Assembly: GCA_001567355.1 (NCBI GenBank)
Contig: JYNZ01000006.1
Span: 18,109 to 82,108, forward strand
Direction of reading: 5' to 3'
DNA length: 64,000 nt
DNA from: a candidate division WS6 bacterium OLB20
Lineage (GTDB): Bacteria > Patescibacteriota > Dojkabacteria > B142 > OLB20
Position 1 is the first letter of the stretch. Every line of letters begins with the position of its first letter. Positions 1 to 9,672 of the stretch are shown here, in pieces. The notes under the pieces are model-generated. The model was not told where the DNA came from and ran no database searches. It was given only the letters and a program-made list of their open reading frames with translations. Position numbers and translations under genes: made by a program.

Positions 1-10
1 CGCACTCAGC

Positions 11-1030
11 ATGGCGAAGAAAGAAGAGTCCGGCGAACCCACGCAGGCCGGAAAAACCAAGGCGCTCAGTATGGCGGTAGCGCAGATTGAGAAACAGTTC
101 GGTAAGGGATCAATCATGAAGCTCGGCGACGGCGCAAAGCGCACCGATGTGGATTCGATTTCGACCGGCGCTCTGTCGCTTGATATCGCGCTTGGTATCG
201 GTGGTGTACCGAAAGGCAGGATTATCGAGATCTACGGCCCTGAATCATCCGGTAAAACCACCCTTGCGCTGCATATCGTGGCAGAGGCACAGGCAAAAGG
301 GGGAGTCGCTGCATTTATCGATGCAGAGCACGCCCTCGACCCCAAATATGCAGAGCAGATCGGGATCAATCTTGATGAGCTGCTCATCTCTCAACCTGAC
401 TACGGCGAGCAGGCGCTTGAGATTCTGGAGACACTGGTCCGGTCAGGTGCTGTTGATGTGATTGTCGTTGACTCGGTTGCAGCCTTGACTCCACGCGCCG
501 AGCTTGAGGGTGATATGGGAGACTCGCATATGGGTCTTCAGGCAAGGCTCATGAGTCAGGCACTCCGCAAGATTACTGCAATCAGTGCCAAGATGGGTAC
601 GACCATCATCTTTCTCAACCAGCTTCGTATGAAGATCGGCGTCATGTTTGGCAATCCCGAGACCACAACAGGCGGTAATGCGCTAAAGTTCTACGCATCT
701 GTGCGTATGGAGATCCGCCGCAAGGAAAAGATTGGTACTCTTGAGAATGTTGAAGGACACAAGGTCAGAGTAAAAGTTGTAAAAAACAAGATGGCCCCTC
801 CGTTTAAGGAGGCAATGTTTGACATCATCTACCCCAATGGAATTGACAAGGTCAGTTCACTGCTGGATGCAGCCACTCAGTTTAATGTGATCGAAAAAGC
901 AGGATCATGGTTCAAAATGGGTGACAACCAGCTGGGTCAGGGGGCTGAAGCAGTAAAAGAACTGCTCAAGAGTGATACGGATCTGCGCAAAAAGGTCTAT
1001 GCCGGAGTTAAAAAAGCTGCCGGTCTGTAA
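11..1030 (+). CDS. recA: Recombinase RecA
   Basis: Walker A '[13 protein letters not shown]', overall RecA architecture, 339 aa; typical RecA N-terminus '[19 protein letters not shown]'. Confidence 0.97.
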   Translation: MAKKEESGEPTQAGKTKALSMAVAQIEKQFGKGSIMKLGDGAKRTDVDSISTGALSLDIALGIGGVPKGRIIEIYGPESSGKTTLALHIVAEAQAKGGVAAFIDAEHALDPKYAEQIGINLDELLISQPDYGEQALEILETLVRSGAVDVIVVDSVAALTPRAELEGDMGDSHMGLQARLMSQALRKITAISAKMGTTIIFLNQLRMKIGVMFGNPETTTGGNALKFYASVRMEIRRKEKIGTLENVEGHKVRVKVVKNKMAPPFKEAMFDIIYPNGIDKVSSLLDAATQFNVIEKAGSWFKMGDNQLGQGAEAVKELLKSDTDLRKKVYAGVKKAAGL

Positions 1031-1053
1031 CGGTTATTTCTTACTGAGCGTTC

Positions 1054-1647
1054 ATGGCCAAACTTACGAAAAGTCTAAACTATCTCTTTATTTCCAAAGT
1101 AAGGATTAAGTGCATCAAATATTTCCTGTTTAATCCTGATGTCCCGATTCACCTGCGGGGTGCAGTCAGAGAACTGAAAGAAGAGATTAATGCGGTCCGT
1201 CGCGAGCTGACCAGGCTTGAGGAGATCAGCTATATAAAGGCTGAGGTTCGCGGTAACCGTAAGTACTTTTCACTCAACTACGAGTATGACTTTCTTAATG
1301 AGCTCCTGGGAATGTTCCACAAAACATTCGGACTGGGCGGAGCCTTGCGCAGCAATGAGGCAAAGCTTGGTGACATCCAGTTTGCTGTTCTGACAGATGC
1401 GTACATTAAAGGAAACAGACTTGGCGGTCAGGATGTGGATCTTGTTGTAGTCGGACAGGTTGACCTGAATGTACTTGGTGAGATCGTCGATGAGGCGGAG
1501 AAGAAGCTCGGACGTGAGATAAACTACACAGTCTTAAAAGGCAGCGAATTTGTGCTGCGCAAAAAGCGACGTGACGCATTTGTAACCGAGCTTCTGATCC
1601 GCGATAAGGTGGTAGTTATCGGAAACAGTTCAGACCTGGCAAACTGA
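1054..1647 (+). CDS. Winged-helix-like N-terminus plus Pol-beta-type nucleotidyltransferase-like C-terminus (motif degenerate: GG..x10..DIQ, second DVD)
   Basis: N-terminal 'KVRIKCIKYFLF...LRGAVRELKEEINAVRRELTRLEE...KAEVRGNRKYFSL' resembles wHTH; C-terminal 'GGALRSNEAKLGDIQFAVL...GQDVDLVVVG' resembles the minimal NTase hG[GS]..DxD. Stop overlaps the next start (TGATG at 1645-1649). Confidence 0.45.
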   Translation: MAKLTKSLNYLFISKVRIKCIKYFLFNPDVPIHLRGAVRELKEEINAVRRELTRLEEISYIKAEVRGNRKYFSLNYEYDFLNELLGMFHKTFGLGGALRSNEAKLGDIQFAVLTDAYIKGNRLGGQDVDLVVVGQVDLNVLGEIVDEAEKKLGREINYTVLKGSEFVLRKKRRDAFVTELLIRDKVVVIGNSSDLAN

Positions 1648-2477
1648 TGCGAGAGCAGCTGATCCCGCTTAAAAACAGACAGAGCAGTGAACGCTACAAG
1701 GTATGGCTTAAACAGGCGCATTACGATCTCAAGGCAGCCGAGTTCAGTCTGGAGCACGGTTTTAATGAGTGGGCCGCATACCAGTCAGAACAGGCTGTTG
1801 AAAAAGCACTCAAGGCTGTCATCATTCACGGTGGCTGGCGTGCACCCCGTATCCATAAACTCCAGGTGCTGATCGGACTTGCAAACGAAGTTAATGACGA
1901 ATTCAGAAACACAAGGCTGGAGTTCCGTCATCTGGAATCGTTCACCTTTATTTCCCGCTATCCGTTTCTGCTGCCCGATAAGGAGGGGACACCTCATGAG
2001 ATCATCCGCAAGGCTGATGCAGCAAAGGCTCTAGGTCAGGCACAGACACTTATTGACCAGATCAACATCATCCTCAAACATGATCCGCAGCCGACAACAG
2101 AGGTCGCGCACCCGGTTAGCGAGATGTATACACAGGCACGGGTAGAGGAACGTCTGGTTGAAGTGAAGGAAAACCTGGTCAGAGAGTTTGACCCTGAGCG
2201 GATCATCCTGTTCGGTCGTTTTGCCAGAACAATGGAGCCGAAACAACCATCCACGCTGGACATCCTGATTATTGCAGAGACTGAGGAGCCGTTTATTGAA
2301 CGGATCAAACGTGCACGAAAAGCGACAAAGGGTGGTGTGCCGGTAGTGGAGCCGCTAATCTACACTCCTGAAGAGTTTACTCTGATGACAGAACAAAAAG
2401 AGGAGACATTTCTGGAATCAGCAGTCGAAGAGGGGAAGGTGTTATACGAAAGATCAGCAGAACCTACTCAATCGTAA
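1647..2477 (+). CDS. HEPN-like domain fused to MNT-type nucleotidyltransferase-like domain
   Basis: N-terminal helical region carries R-x4-H ('RLEFRH') as in HEPN RNases. C-terminal 'ILFGRFARTMEPKQPSTLDILIIAE' resembles the MNT GS-x-ARG-x(5-6)-SDIDLL motif but keeps only one Asp. Confidence 0.5.
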   Translation: MREQLIPLKNRQSSERYKVWLKQAHYDLKAAEFSLEHGFNEWAAYQSEQAVEKALKAVIIHGGWRAPRIHKLQVLIGLANEVNDEFRNTRLEFRHLESFTFISRYPFLLPDKEGTPHEIIRKADAAKALGQAQTLIDQINIILKHDPQPTTEVAHPVSEMYTQARVEERLVEVKENLVREFDPERIILFGRFARTMEPKQPSTLDILIIAETEEPFIERIKRARKATKGGVPVVEPLIYTPEEFTLMTEQKEETFLESAVEEGKVLYERSAEPTQS

Positions 2478-3132
2478 CTGAAGCCAGCGTTTTGGCTATA
2501 GCCTGATCAAATGTCAGCTCGGGTTCTGCAGTTACATCTTCGTTCTTCATGAACAGAAATCCAACCTCATATTTCCCTGCAGGTAGAACATAGAGCTCTG
2601 ATGCCGGCATGCTTTCGTTCCCACGGTACATTGATGAGTCCTGCTGGGCTACTGTTATCTTGGCGCTCAGTTTCCAGCCTGTAACGTTGAGCTTTTCCTG
2701 CTGGCCGCTGCCGTTGATAACAGTCAGTGTGTAGTATTCACGAAGATCATCCTTGTAGACAAAAGTCTGGTGAGCTGCGGCGGGTGCTGTGGCAGTCGTT
2801 ACCGGGTCGCCGATCTCCATCAGTCCCGGCTGCAGATTAAAACTGACACCGGTAGCGTCATAACTGATTACACGCATTTCCTCGGCGAGGACTTCGGGAT
2901 TATTGCCCGAGCTTTCAATCGCTGCTGATGCCTCATCCCCCATTACAATCTGATTAAGCTGCTGCAGCTGATTGTTTACGCTTAAGAGTGTCCGCTGCTG
3001 CTCTGCGAGCTGCTGCTGCATGGAGATGATGGTATAAGACATGCCAATCAGCAACCCCAGAAGTATGACTGTCAGCGGGAAAACGACTCCCGGATAGGTC
3101 TTTCTCGGTGGCATTGCAATTGTGTCATGCAT
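2464..3132 (-). CDS. Hypothetical membrane-anchored protein (N-terminal TM helix, Gln-rich coiled segment)
   Basis: Long ORF with 'VFPLTVILLGLLIGMSYTII' TM helix; no recognisable catalytic motif. Confidence 0.4.
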   Translation of the reverse strand: MHDTIAMPPRKTYPGVVFPLTVILLGLLIGMSYTIISMQQQLAEQQRTLLSVNNQLQQLNQIVMGDEASAAIESSGNNPEVLAEEMRVISYDATGVSFNLQPGLMEIGDPVTTATAPAAAHQTFVYKDDLREYYTLTVINGSGQQEKLNVTGWKLSAKITVAQQDSSMYRGNESMPASELYVLPAGKYEVGFLFMKNEDVTAEPELTFDQAIAKTLASVTIE

Positions 3133-4156
3133 AATAGGCGGCAGAAACCAGTTCTGTCTGTGAAAGTTCTTCTAAAGTACGCGCTCCTGTAGAAAACATA
3201 GCAATTGTCAGCTCTTCGTGCAACTGCTTCAGCACTGATACGCAGGCATCGGTGCTTTCAAGTGACGGTGCCAGCAGTGGTTTAGCAGCTGTTGCGAGTT
3301 TTGCGCCCAGCGCTATGGCTTTTGCAATATGAATGCCGTTGCGGATACCTCCCCCGGCAATAAGGTTGAGACCGCTAATTCCGGCAGCGCCAATCAGCGC
3401 CTCTGCTGTCGGAATACCCTCTCCGCGAAACAGATGACCAATGGTGTCCTCGCGGCGGTAGGCTTCTACGCCGGCCCAGGATGTTCCTCCGGTGCCGGAT
3501 ACATCAATCCAGGTAATGCCTGCGTCAGCGAGTGCTTTGGCGGTGTCTTTATCGATGCCGGTCCCGACCTCTTTTATGACAACAGGTTTCTCGATTTTCG
3601 GGAGTACTTTTTCGAGCTTGGGTAGCAGATCCTTGAAGTTTGTATCACCCTCTGGCTGGATCGCTTCCTGCAGCGGATTGACATGCAGAAAGATACCATC
3701 CGCATTTACAGAATCGATGATTCTGTTGATCTCATCAGCGCCGTAACCGTAATTGAGCTGCACGAGCCCCATGTTTGCGAGCAGAGGAACGTCAGGACAG
3801 TATTTCTTTACATCAAAACTTTTGATCGATTCCGGTTTGCGCAGAATTACGCGCATTGAACCCAGACCCAGTGCAACGCCTGCCTCCTGTGCTGCCTCTG
3901 CCAGATGAGTGTTTATTCCGAGCCCCTTTTCAGGACCGCCGGTCATAGATGATATTACAAACGGAAACTTAAGCTTCTTTCCAAGAAACTCGGTACCCGT
4001 ATCAATCTCTGCCATGTCGATCTCAGGCAGTGCTTTAAAAGGCAACCGGAAATAGTCAAACGATGAGCGGTACGGCTCAACTTCTTCTTCAAGCACAATC
4101 CGGATGTGATCCAGTTTGCGTTCGTTGATTGTTTTGTCGTTGTCTGTACCGCTCAT
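3125..4156 (-). CDS. fni: Isopentenyl-diphosphate delta-isomerase, type 2 (FMN-dependent)
   Basis: 'FPFVISSMTGG', 'VVIKEVGTGI', TIM-barrel FMN-enzyme pattern typical of IDI-2; 343 aa. Confidence 0.85.
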   Translation of the reverse strand: MSGTDNDKTINERKLDHIRIVLEEEVEPYRSSFDYFRLPFKALPEIDMAEIDTGTEFLGKKLKFPFVISSMTGGPEKGLGINTHLAEAAQEAGVALGLGSMRVILRKPESIKSFDVKKYCPDVPLLANMGLVQLNYGYGADEINRIIDSVNADGIFLHVNPLQEAIQPEGDTNFKDLLPKLEKVLPKIEKPVVIKEVGTGIDKDTAKALADAGITWIDVSGTGGTSWAGVEAYRREDTIGHLFRGEGIPTAEALIGAAGISGLNLIAGGGIRNGIHIAKAIALGAKLATAAKPLLAPSLESTDACVSVLKQLHEELTIAMFSTGARTLEELSQTELVSAAYYA

Positions 4157-4170
4157 ACGTTAAGTGTATC

Positions 4171-5715
4171 TTATTTGGCTTCTTCGGTAACACGGAATTC
4201 ACGGATACCGGTGACTTTTACTGAGCCGGGATAGGATTGAGTCTCTTCGATCTCCTTGGCAATCTTCTGGCTGAGAACAGTAACATCGTCGTCCGAAGCC
4301 GAGTCTGGTCTGAAGATCACACGTACCTCGCGTCCTGCATGTACCGCATATGCCTCTTTAACTGCGTCATACTGTTTGGCGATATCCTCAAGAGCTTTAA
4401 CACGCTTGATGTAATCCTCATAGTTATCCCGTCTGGCTCCGGGTCGAGCCCCCGAGATCGCGTCTGCAATCTGAACCAGAACCGCCTCAAGAGTCTTGGG
4501 TTCAATATCACCGTGATGTGACTCTACGGCATTGGCAAGAGTTTCATTCTTCAGGTACTTGCGGACAATATCACCCGAAATGTGGTGATGCGGTTTACCT
4601 TCAATCTCGTGGGTAAGAACTTTACCGATATCATGCAGCAGACATGCCTTCTTGGTCAGTTCAACATTTGCTCCTACCTCTGAAGCAAGCTGTGCGCCAA
4701 GATTGACCATCTCCATGCTGTGTTTGACCAGGTTCTGACCGTAACTGTACCGGTATTTAAACCGTCCAAGCAGTTTGATAACCTCCTGCGGAAGATCGTT
4801 AAACCCTGCGTCGTAAGCCATCTTCTCGCCGGTGCGTTTGATCTCACGGGCGAGTTCGGTTTTGATGTTCTTGATTGTTTCTTCGATGCTTCCGGGGTGA
4901 ACGCGGCCATCCTTCAAAAGCTTCTGAAGAGCAAGAGCTGCTACCTCGCGTCTGATCGGGTCAAAGCAGGACAGCGTCACCTGATTGGGAGCTTCGTCAA
5001 CAATAATGTCTACTCCGGTAAGGCGCTCAAATGTCCGGATATTACGTCCCTCCTTGCCGATAATTTTACCCTTCAGTTCCTCGCTTTCGATGTCGATTGT
5101 GGTAGCGGTGCTTTCTGAGACATAGTCAGTTGCACTCTTCTGCATGACATCAATCAGGATCTCGCGTGCGCGGTCCTCCGACTGGCTCTGAATCTTAAAC
5201 TCGGCTTCACGGATGCTTTTTGCGACCCATTCCTTGAGTTCCTCCTCGGTCTGTGAGATAAGCTCCTTTTTCGCCTCTTCAACGGTCATACGGGCGACCG
5301 CCTCGAGTTCGGTGGCAATTTTGTCACGCATTGATTTGACATCACGTTTCGCCTGCTCCAGGGCGCGTTCTTTTTTCTCAAGCGAATTGAACCGTTCGTC
5401 GATGTCTTTTGAACGGGTCAGCAGTTGTTTTTCGCGTTCATCGAGTCGCTTTTCTTCTTTTTCGATCTCGATACGCAGTTCACGTGATTTGGCAATCGAG
5501 TTCTGTTTGATCTGGTTTGCCTCTTTTTCGGCTTCCAGGATCAGTACCTTTGCCTTTTCACTTGCTTTCTTGATTGCTTCCTCCTCGGAGAGATTTAGAG
5601 CGCCAGTCTTCCTGAGTTTTTCTTCCAGCTCAGTCTTCTGCCTGTTAAACAGGTACGTGCCTCCGGCTCCGAGAGTAGCAATGATGGAAAGCATAATCAG
5701 TATCACATTTTCCAT
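4171..5715 (-). CDS. rny: Ribonuclease Y
   Basis: N-terminal TM, long coiled coil, KH domain 'IIGKEGRNIRTFERLTGVDIIVD', HD domain 'LLHDIGK...H'; 514 aa. Confidence 0.9.
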   Translation of the reverse strand: MENVILIMLSIIATLGAGGTYLFNRQKTELEEKLRKTGALNLSEEEAIKKASEKAKVLILEAEKEANQIKQNSIAKSRELRIEIEKEEKRLDEREKQLLTRSKDIDERFNSLEKKERALEQAKRDVKSMRDKIATELEAVARMTVEEAKKELISQTEEELKEWVAKSIREAEFKIQSQSEDRAREILIDVMQKSATDYVSESTATTIDIESEELKGKIIGKEGRNIRTFERLTGVDIIVDEAPNQVTLSCFDPIRREVAALALQKLLKDGRVHPGSIEETIKNIKTELAREIKRTGEKMAYDAGFNDLPQEVIKLLGRFKYRYSYGQNLVKHSMEMVNLGAQLASEVGANVELTKKACLLHDIGKVLTHEIEGKPHHHISGDIVRKYLKNETLANAVESHHGDIEPKTLEAVLVQIADAISGARPGARRDNYEDYIKRVKALEDIAKQYDAVKEAYAVHAGREVRVIFRPDSASDDDVTVLSQKIAKEIEETQSYPGSVKVTGIREFRVTEEAK

Positions 5716-5992
5716 GATAGATACCCACTAAGTAAAATAGCGATCAACAATCAGCAGATAGAAGAAGAGGGAAGGTGAACGAAGACTCCGCCAGTAACCG
5801 GCGGGTGGTGCTACGTTCTGCTTTGTGGTAACGCCAGGTAGGCGGTGTCACCATTCATAAAGCGAGTATTTCGTCAAAGTAAAAGTAAGAGAAATGCAGT
5901 ATGTGTTCCTTCCTTCTTATCCCTGTGCAACATGGGTTTATGATAAACTGAACGCGATTCAGAGTCAAGTGGATCGGGCGAATTAACGTAAC

Positions 5993-7294
5993 ATGAAAAA
6001 ACCTCAAAAAACTTATCTGACAAGGATTCCGGCTGGATCTGCGGCAGCAGTTCATCTCGCGGTCGTGGTGGCCTGCATAGGCCTGTTTCTGCTTGTCGTA
6101 CGGCTGTTTCCGGTGCCGCCTGCTGTTGATCCACTGGAACACTGGCGCATAGCAGGGGATCTGTCACTCTATTCCAAGGGCGGGGTTATGATTACCGTGT
6201 ACTCTGTTCTGCAGGGATTAGAACCGCATATCGCTGCCGCTCTGGTTAATACCGCATCGTTTGCGGTAATAGGGATTCTCTTGCTGCTGCCTGCTGATGT
6301 CCGGAAAAAAACTCTACAAACCCAGTATCTGTTTACAGCGGTAACACTACTGCTCGGCTTATGGTTGAGCGGCTTTGCGCCTCTTGTCGCGACTGAGCTG
6401 CCGCATCTTGCTTTCGGACTGCTGGCCATCAGGATCATGATACACATTCTCCTCAATGGACCATCATGGCTTGCCGTAGTTGGTGCAGCAGCAGCCGGGG
6501 CAGCCTCGGTAAGCATTCGGCTGCAGACTATGCTGCCTGTACTGTTTATATTGACTGCAGTATCAGGGTATGTGGTACTGAAACGGATACGACTTACGCG
6601 GAGCGTGGTTGCCTGCATTGCAGTGCTGATTCTCTCGGTCACCGGAGGCCGGCTGATTGATGCTGTGTACAGGATGGGTTCACAGGTACCGGAGCGACTG
6701 GCCGCGCATGAGATGCAGGTTGCCCTGAATGGCGTTACACCGGGTCAGTGCGGTCTTAATACAAGGGCTGGAACAGCATATCTGGCCGAACCGCTTGAGA
6801 CAGGAAAAGGTGTTCCTCAAGCGTATGTCGAACTGTTCTCACAGCAGACTCCCAAGGATCTGGCTGCAAATTATGCATGCAAGCTTGACTACTGGCTGAG
6901 CCTGCGGGGGAGCAGCTGGATCATGGTTTCCAGACATCTGAACCCATTGTACTCAGAGGATTTTGAAGAGGTGCGCAATACAAACAGTTCCCCGATGATA
7001 CGGGCCGCACTTCATCTTGAGGCCGTCACAGGTACGATCTTATATCTCATCATGATTGTGCTTGCTGTTCTGCTGTTTAAAGAAAAACGCAGTTCGCTCG
7101 GCAGGCTGCTGCTGCTGGGTTCTCTGTTGCTGTTTTCCGGGTACACCATGCAGCATATGATTATCGAGATTAACACGCGCTATATCGTTCCGCCGATGGT
7201 GTTTTCGCTGTATTTACTGCTGTACGGTTATGCGTTGCGGGACAGATCAGTCAAAAAGATCGCTGAAGGCTCTGAAAAGTCTGTCAACAAATGA
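5993..7294 (+). CDS. Polytopic integral membrane protein, function unknown (possible GT-C-like glycosyltransferase)
   Basis: About 9 hydrophobic helices with a central ~130-aa soluble loop; no signature motif recognised. Confidence 0.4.
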   Translation: MKKPQKTYLTRIPAGSAAAVHLAVVVACIGLFLLVVRLFPVPPAVDPLEHWRIAGDLSLYSKGGVMITVYSVLQGLEPHIAAALVNTASFAVIGILLLLPADVRKKTLQTQYLFTAVTLLLGLWLSGFAPLVATELPHLAFGLLAIRIMIHILLNGPSWLAVVGAAAAGAASVSIRLQTMLPVLFILTAVSGYVVLKRIRLTRSVVACIAVLILSVTGGRLIDAVYRMGSQVPERLAAHEMQVALNGVTPGQCGLNTRAGTAYLAEPLETGKGVPQAYVELFSQQTPKDLAANYACKLDYWLSLRGSSWIMVSRHLNPLYSEDFEEVRNTNSSPMIRAALHLEAVTGTILYLIMIVLAVLLFKEKRSSLGRLLLLGSLLLFSGYTMQHMIIEINTRYIVPPMVFSLYLLLYGYALRDRSVKKIAEGSEKSVNK

Positions 7295-8509
7295 TCCTGT
7301 GTACTTCTGACTCCTGCCTCCCTCTGAAGCGCCGGACTGGGGTTTTGCAGCATTGATCCGTTCATATTGCGATATGCGTTGCTGCAGCTCTGCCAGACCG
7401 CGGTTTTTCTCCTGGATGGAATGCTGCAGATTGTTCAGGATCTGCTGATTGTCGTTGACCTGATTGCGAAGACGTATGAGCTCTGTCTGCTGGTCGTTGT
7501 AGTTCTTTTTAGCAGTTATCACTTCCTGTCTGGCTTTTACCAGGTCTGCATGCTCCTGTGAATCGACCATTTTTTTAAGCAGCTGGTCTTCGGTAATCCC
7601 GATGTTGAGAAAATAGTTTAGATCGTTCTGATTCGGCTCACGCCCCAGTATCTTAACGTAGGTCTTCGTTATCATCTCCTTTCGCTCTTCACGGCTGGGC
7701 ATCGGCGTAAACCCGCCACCGCCGGACTGCGGTGCTGCGGGACCGCCAAAACTGTTGCCGCCAAAACCGCCGGCTGCAGGACTGTTAAAACCTCCTGTAT
7801 TAAATCCTCCGCCTGCTGGAGGAAACACGGGGGCGCCTGCGTTGCCCGGATCAGGTCTTGCTGCCGGCTGGGGTGCTGGAGCAGGATCCCGCACGGGCGC
7901 AGTCACTGACTGTGGAACTGATGTGGCGGCCGGCCGCTGTGAACCTGCCTCACGGAATTCCATTCCGTAATACTGCAGAATGCCTTTAGCGATTCCTTTG
8001 CCGATTTTTTCAATATTCTCCTGCTGCTTCAGAAATGCGGCATCTTTTTCGTTATCAATGAAGCCGCATTCGATAAGCGCTGCAATTGGAAGAGTCTCAT
8101 GAAGAAAAGCGAGTGAGCCAAGCTCATGGTCATATTCGCTTTTTGAGCCCAGATTCTTTAGACCGGTCTCATCCGAGGTGGATCTCAGGACAGCATTAAC
8201 CAGCTTGCTTGAGCTGTTGTTTCCGTCTCCCTCAAACCAGCCCTCAAGGCCTGTGCCGCCGCCATCGTTAATGTGGACTTCGATGGTGATGTCGTTATTC
8301 TGTTCGCTATAGCCGCTCTTGTTGATCCAGAGGATGCGGTTCTGCATGTCCTGGTCTGGCGGGACGGATAAGGAGATGATGCCGTTCTGGCGAAGATAGG
8401 GGAGCGTTGCTTTGACAATGTCACGCGCCACATCGACCTCGCGGAGGCCGTTTGCTTCTGTGCCGGGGCTCCGCTCTGTATGTCCGGAAGATAAAATGAC
8501 TCGTGGCAT
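7247..8509 (-). CDS. N-acetylmuramoyl-L-alanine amidase (Amidase_3 family) with Gly/Pro/Phe-rich low-complexity linker and C-terminal coiled coil
   Basis: 'VILSSGHTERSPG...E.DV', 'IEVHIND', 'IECGFIDNEKD' match Amidase_3 zinc-site blocks. Linker 'GGGFNTGGFNSPAAGGFGGNSFGG'. Heptad-like Q/N/L-rich tail. Confidence 0.7.
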   Translation of the reverse strand: MPRVILSSGHTERSPGTEANGLREVDVARDIVKATLPYLRQNGIISLSVPPDQDMQNRILWINKSGYSEQNNDITIEVHINDGGGTGLEGWFEGDGNNSSSKLVNAVLRSTSDETGLKNLGSKSEYDHELGSLAFLHETLPIAALIECGFIDNEKDAAFLKQQENIEKIGKGIAKGILQYYGMEFREAGSQRPAATSVPQSVTAPVRDPAPAPQPAARPDPGNAGAPVFPPAGGGFNTGGFNSPAAGGFGGNSFGGPAAPQSGGGGFTPMPSREERKEMITKTYVKILGREPNQNDLNYFLNIGITEDQLLKKMVDSQEHADLVKARQEVITAKKNYNDQQTELIRLRNQVNDNQQILNNLQHSIQEKNRGLAELQQRISQYERINAAKPQSGASEGGRSQKYTGSFVDRLFRAFSDLFD

Positions 8510-8542
8510 GAATCTGCGTTGCTTTTGCTAATTATAGCACTG

Positions 8543-9391
8543 TCAGTCCGTCAGCAATGAGTAGATCCTATTGAGCTCTTCATCAGTCTTAAACGGGATC
8601 ACAATCTTGCCTCCGCGCCGTGACCGCTGCAGGCTCAGTTTTTTTCCGAACTTTGTCTGCAGAGTGGATTCCAGCTTCTGTGTGTACTCATCAATGAGAC
8701 GCTCATTTTTTCTGGGCGGTTTGTCTTTTTTGCCCTGGTTAAGTCTGCGGACAAGCTCTTCCACAGCTCGGACGCTGAGTTTGTCTCTGACCGTGATCCG
8801 GGCTGCCTCAACCATTGCCTCCTGTGACGTCAGTCCCAGGATAGCTCGGGCATGTCCCTCGCTCAGCTCTTCATTTAGAAGCATCTTTTTGACGTCAGTA
8901 GGGAGTGTAAGCAGTCTGATTTTATTCGCGATGGCAGGTCTGCTGTATCCGACCTTTTTGGCAATATCAAGATGTGACAGCTTGAACATTGAAACAAGCT
9001 GCTCAAATGCCATAGCTTCTTCAAGCGGGTTAAGGTCGCTGCGCTGTATGTTTTCGACAATCGCAAGCTCCAGCATCTGCTGCGGGGACGCTTCCTTGAC
9101 CACAACGGGAACGGTGGCCATCTTGGCAAGTTTTGCTGCCCGCCAGCGACGTTCTCCGGCGATCAGCTCGTACGTAGTTTCGTTTTTGCGCGTAACAATG
9201 AGCGGTTCGATAATTCCATGCTCACGGATCGAATCAGCAAGTTCAACGAGCGTCTCGGGCTTGATCTCTGCACGAGGCTGGTACGGGTTGGGAACAATAC
9301 GCTCGATTGGCAGGTTTGCGATGTATGCCTGCTTCATCTGCGACATTGTGTCCTCGGTAATCAGTGATGAAAGTCCTTTTCCTAATGCCAT
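8543..9391 (-). CDS. parB: Chromosome partitioning protein ParB/Spo0J
   Basis: 'ALGKGLSSLI' N-terminus and ParB box 'LIAGERRWRAAKLA...VPVVV'. ORF extends to 9442, but ATG at 9391 gives the canonical ParB N-terminus. Confidence 0.88.
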   Translation of the reverse strand: MALGKGLSSLITEDTMSQMKQAYIANLPIERIVPNPYQPRAEIKPETLVELADSIREHGIIEPLIVTRKNETTYELIAGERRWRAAKLAKMATVPVVVKEASPQQMLELAIVENIQRSDLNPLEEAMAFEQLVSMFKLSHLDIAKKVGYSRPAIANKIRLLTLPTDVKKMLLNEELSEGHARAILGLTSQEAMVEAARITVRDKLSVRAVEELVRRLNQGKKDKPPRKNERLIDEYTQKLESTLQTKFGKKLSLQRSRRGGKIVIPFKTDEELNRIYSLLTD

Positions 9392-9672
9392 GGTGGTGAT
9401 AGTTACTGTTCCTACTATAAAGGAGAATGCACGTTCGCTCAAGTTGATATCGCAACCGACTTCCCAGACCGTCTCTAATCTACAGGTTTACCCTACAGGT
9501 CTGCACTTTGCATTGCGGGACAATAGAACCTGGCCCGCGGGCAGACGCGCATACGGTAGAATATCTTCGATAAAAAAAAAAGATCCGGACGTGAATATAT
9601 CTGAGTATCCGTGCTCTGTAAGAAATCAGACCTGCAGATTACACCTGCGGAAGAAAGCTGATCTCGGGCTGC

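Noticed and set aside
147-461. 104-aa ORF in an alternative frame inside recA
   Set aside because: Fully embedded in a strongly conserved gene; Arg/Ser-rich and not protein-like.
5213-5731. 172-aa Ser-rich plus-strand ORF opposite rny
   Set aside because: Antisense shadow of the RNase Y coiled-coil region.
5716-5992. Structured-looking 277-nt rny 5' region (CCGCC...GGCGG hairpin)
   Set aside because: There could be an autoregulatory leader, but there is no recognisable riboswitch consensus. Probably just a divergent promoter region.
9443-9672. Possible tRNA or ncRNA in the 230-nt intergenic region (palindrome GCCCGCGGGC, A10 run)
   Set aside because: No cloverleaf-compatible arms or T-loop (GTTCRANYC) found. 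The A-run/hairpin is weak.
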